Of a stretch of 64,000 bases of DNA, positions 63,057-64,000 are shown in pieces (the first letter of the stretch is position 1; the number at the start of each line of letters is the position of its first letter). The notes under the pieces were generated by a model, which saw only the letters and a list, made by a program, of their open reading frames with translations, searched no databases and was not told the DNA's origin. The stretch spans positions 1-64,000 of the forward strand of contig CAVTLK010000002.1 of assembly GCA_963735595.1 (NCBI GenBank), written 5' to 3'. The position numbers and the translations under genes were made by a program. This DNA is from an uncultured delta proteobacterium (lineage in GTDB: Bacteria; Desulfobacterota; Zymogenia; Zymogenales; Zymogenaceae).

Positions 63057-64000
63057 ATGAATCTCACGTCATCCCGCAACGCAGTGCTCAACTACCTCGA
63101 GCGGGTTTTGAAACGGGAGCGGCTGATCTCGCTACCCACGATCCTGCAGGTGGAGATCAGCTCGGCCTGTAACCTTGCCTGCTCCATTTGCGCCCGTTCG
63201 GAGTTCCCGTACGGGCCCGGTCACCTTTCGATCGACCTCTTCAGGTCGTTGGCGCCGGTCTTTCCGTATGTGAAAAAGCTGATACTCCACGGTTATGGAG
63301 AGCCGTTGGCGCATCCCCGGTTTACCGAGATAATGGATATCGTCGGCCTGTTCGAATGCGAGAAGTCGTTTTATACCAACGGGACAATGCTAACCGGCAG
63401 GCGGGCAGAGGCCGTTATCACCGGTGGAATGACCGAGATCACCGTCTCCATCGATTCGCCCGATAAAGCCGGTTTCGAGCGGATACGCAAAGGCGCGTCA
63501 TTCGACCGGGTAACCGGTAACGTAGGGCGCTTCATTACGATGCGAAATGAGCGGGGGACGCGCCGGCCCCGGGTAGTGCTCGCCGCTGTGGCGATGACCG
63601 ACAACGTCGACCAATTACCGGGGCTCGTGGACCTTGCGCGCGAGCTGTCTGCCGACGCCGTTGAGGTCAACTACCTGATGGCCTATAAGGAAGAGCTCGT
63701 TGGCAGAAGCCTCTTTTTCGACCGACCGCGCGCAAACAGGGTTTTCATGGAAATCGCCTCGATGGCGCGGGCGGCGGGTCTCGAGGCGCGGCTTCCCGGC
63801 CTGTTCGCATCGGACGAAGGGCAAAAACCCCCCGAGCCCCAGAAGACCTGCCTTCGCCCGTACGATTTTGCCTACGTCGGTTACGACGGGAACGTTCGGC
63901 CATGCTGCTTTCCGCTGCTGTATCTCGGATCGATCGTCGAGACCGATTTTCGGACCATCTGGAACTCGCAGGGATACCGGGGCCTCCGGCGAAGCTTCGC
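63057..64000 (+). CDS. Radical SAM protein with SPASM/twitch domain (runs off window; absent from ORF track)
   Basis: ATG 63057; EISSACNLACSIC (CxxxCxxC), HGYGEPL, YTNG, VSIDS; CLRPY...DGNVRPCC...LGSI...IWNS. Confidence 0.92.
   Translation, partial: MNLTSSRNAVLNYLERVLKRERLISLPTILQVEISSACNLACSICARSEFPYGPGHLSIDLFRSLAPVFPYVKKLILHGYGEPLAHPRFTEIMDIVGLFECEKSFYTNGTMLTGRRAEAVITGGMTEITVSIDSPDKAGFERIRKGASFDRVTGNVGRFITMRNERGTRRPRVVLAAVAMTDNVDQLPGLVDLARELSADAVEVNYLMAYKEELVGRSLFFDRPRANRVFMEIASMARAAGLEARLPGLFASDEGQKPPEPQKTCLRPYDFAYVGYDGNVRPCCFPLLYLGSIVETDFRTIWNSQGYRGLRRSF

Overview
The window looks like two unrelated DNAs joined at about 11,362. The left part (1-11,362) is very GC-rich (hand counts 43/60 and 45/60 in two 60-nt lines) and looks like an actinobacterium, probably Thermoleophilia/Solirubrobacterales. 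It carries pcrA, a queuosine-salvage (QNG1/DUF2419) gene, cysE-cysK, an Rrf2 regulator, a large secreted orphan, VanZ, USP, an APC permease, an HDOD-LuxR protein with a sigma28-like promoter and a truncated S51 peptidase. The right part (11,363-64,000) has moderate GC and looks like a Deltaproteobacteria/Desulfobacterota-type organism. Its first block holds a GT-C-like membrane protein, tRNA-Pro, rpe, two Crp proteins, map, priA-def-fmt-rsmB-radC, a beta-barrel orphan and a LarA-like gene. A ~22 kb type IVa pilus/polarity super-locus follows: tgl partner, tgl, GAF-GAF-GGDEF cyclase, XRE regulator, pilMNOPQ, aroCKB, TPR, MglC-like roadblock, aroQ, pepP, efp, accBC, SgmX-like TPR and ExeA-like ATPase. 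The end holds tRNA-Gly, rimP-nusA-infB-rbfA-nrnA-truB-rpsO-pnp, M16/M20 peptidases, an ArfB-like factor, MarC and a radical SAM/SPASM gene cut by the window edge. Many essential genes carry frameshifts, which are best explained as long-read indel errors. No CRISPR, transposase or phage gene was seen. The most interesting items are the myxobacterial-type polarity module in one locus with tgl and a cyclase, an unrecognised structured RNA plus terminator in front of the mglC-like gene, and the sigma28-driven HDOD-LuxR gene. All family and taxon calls come from motif recognition and recall, not database searches.
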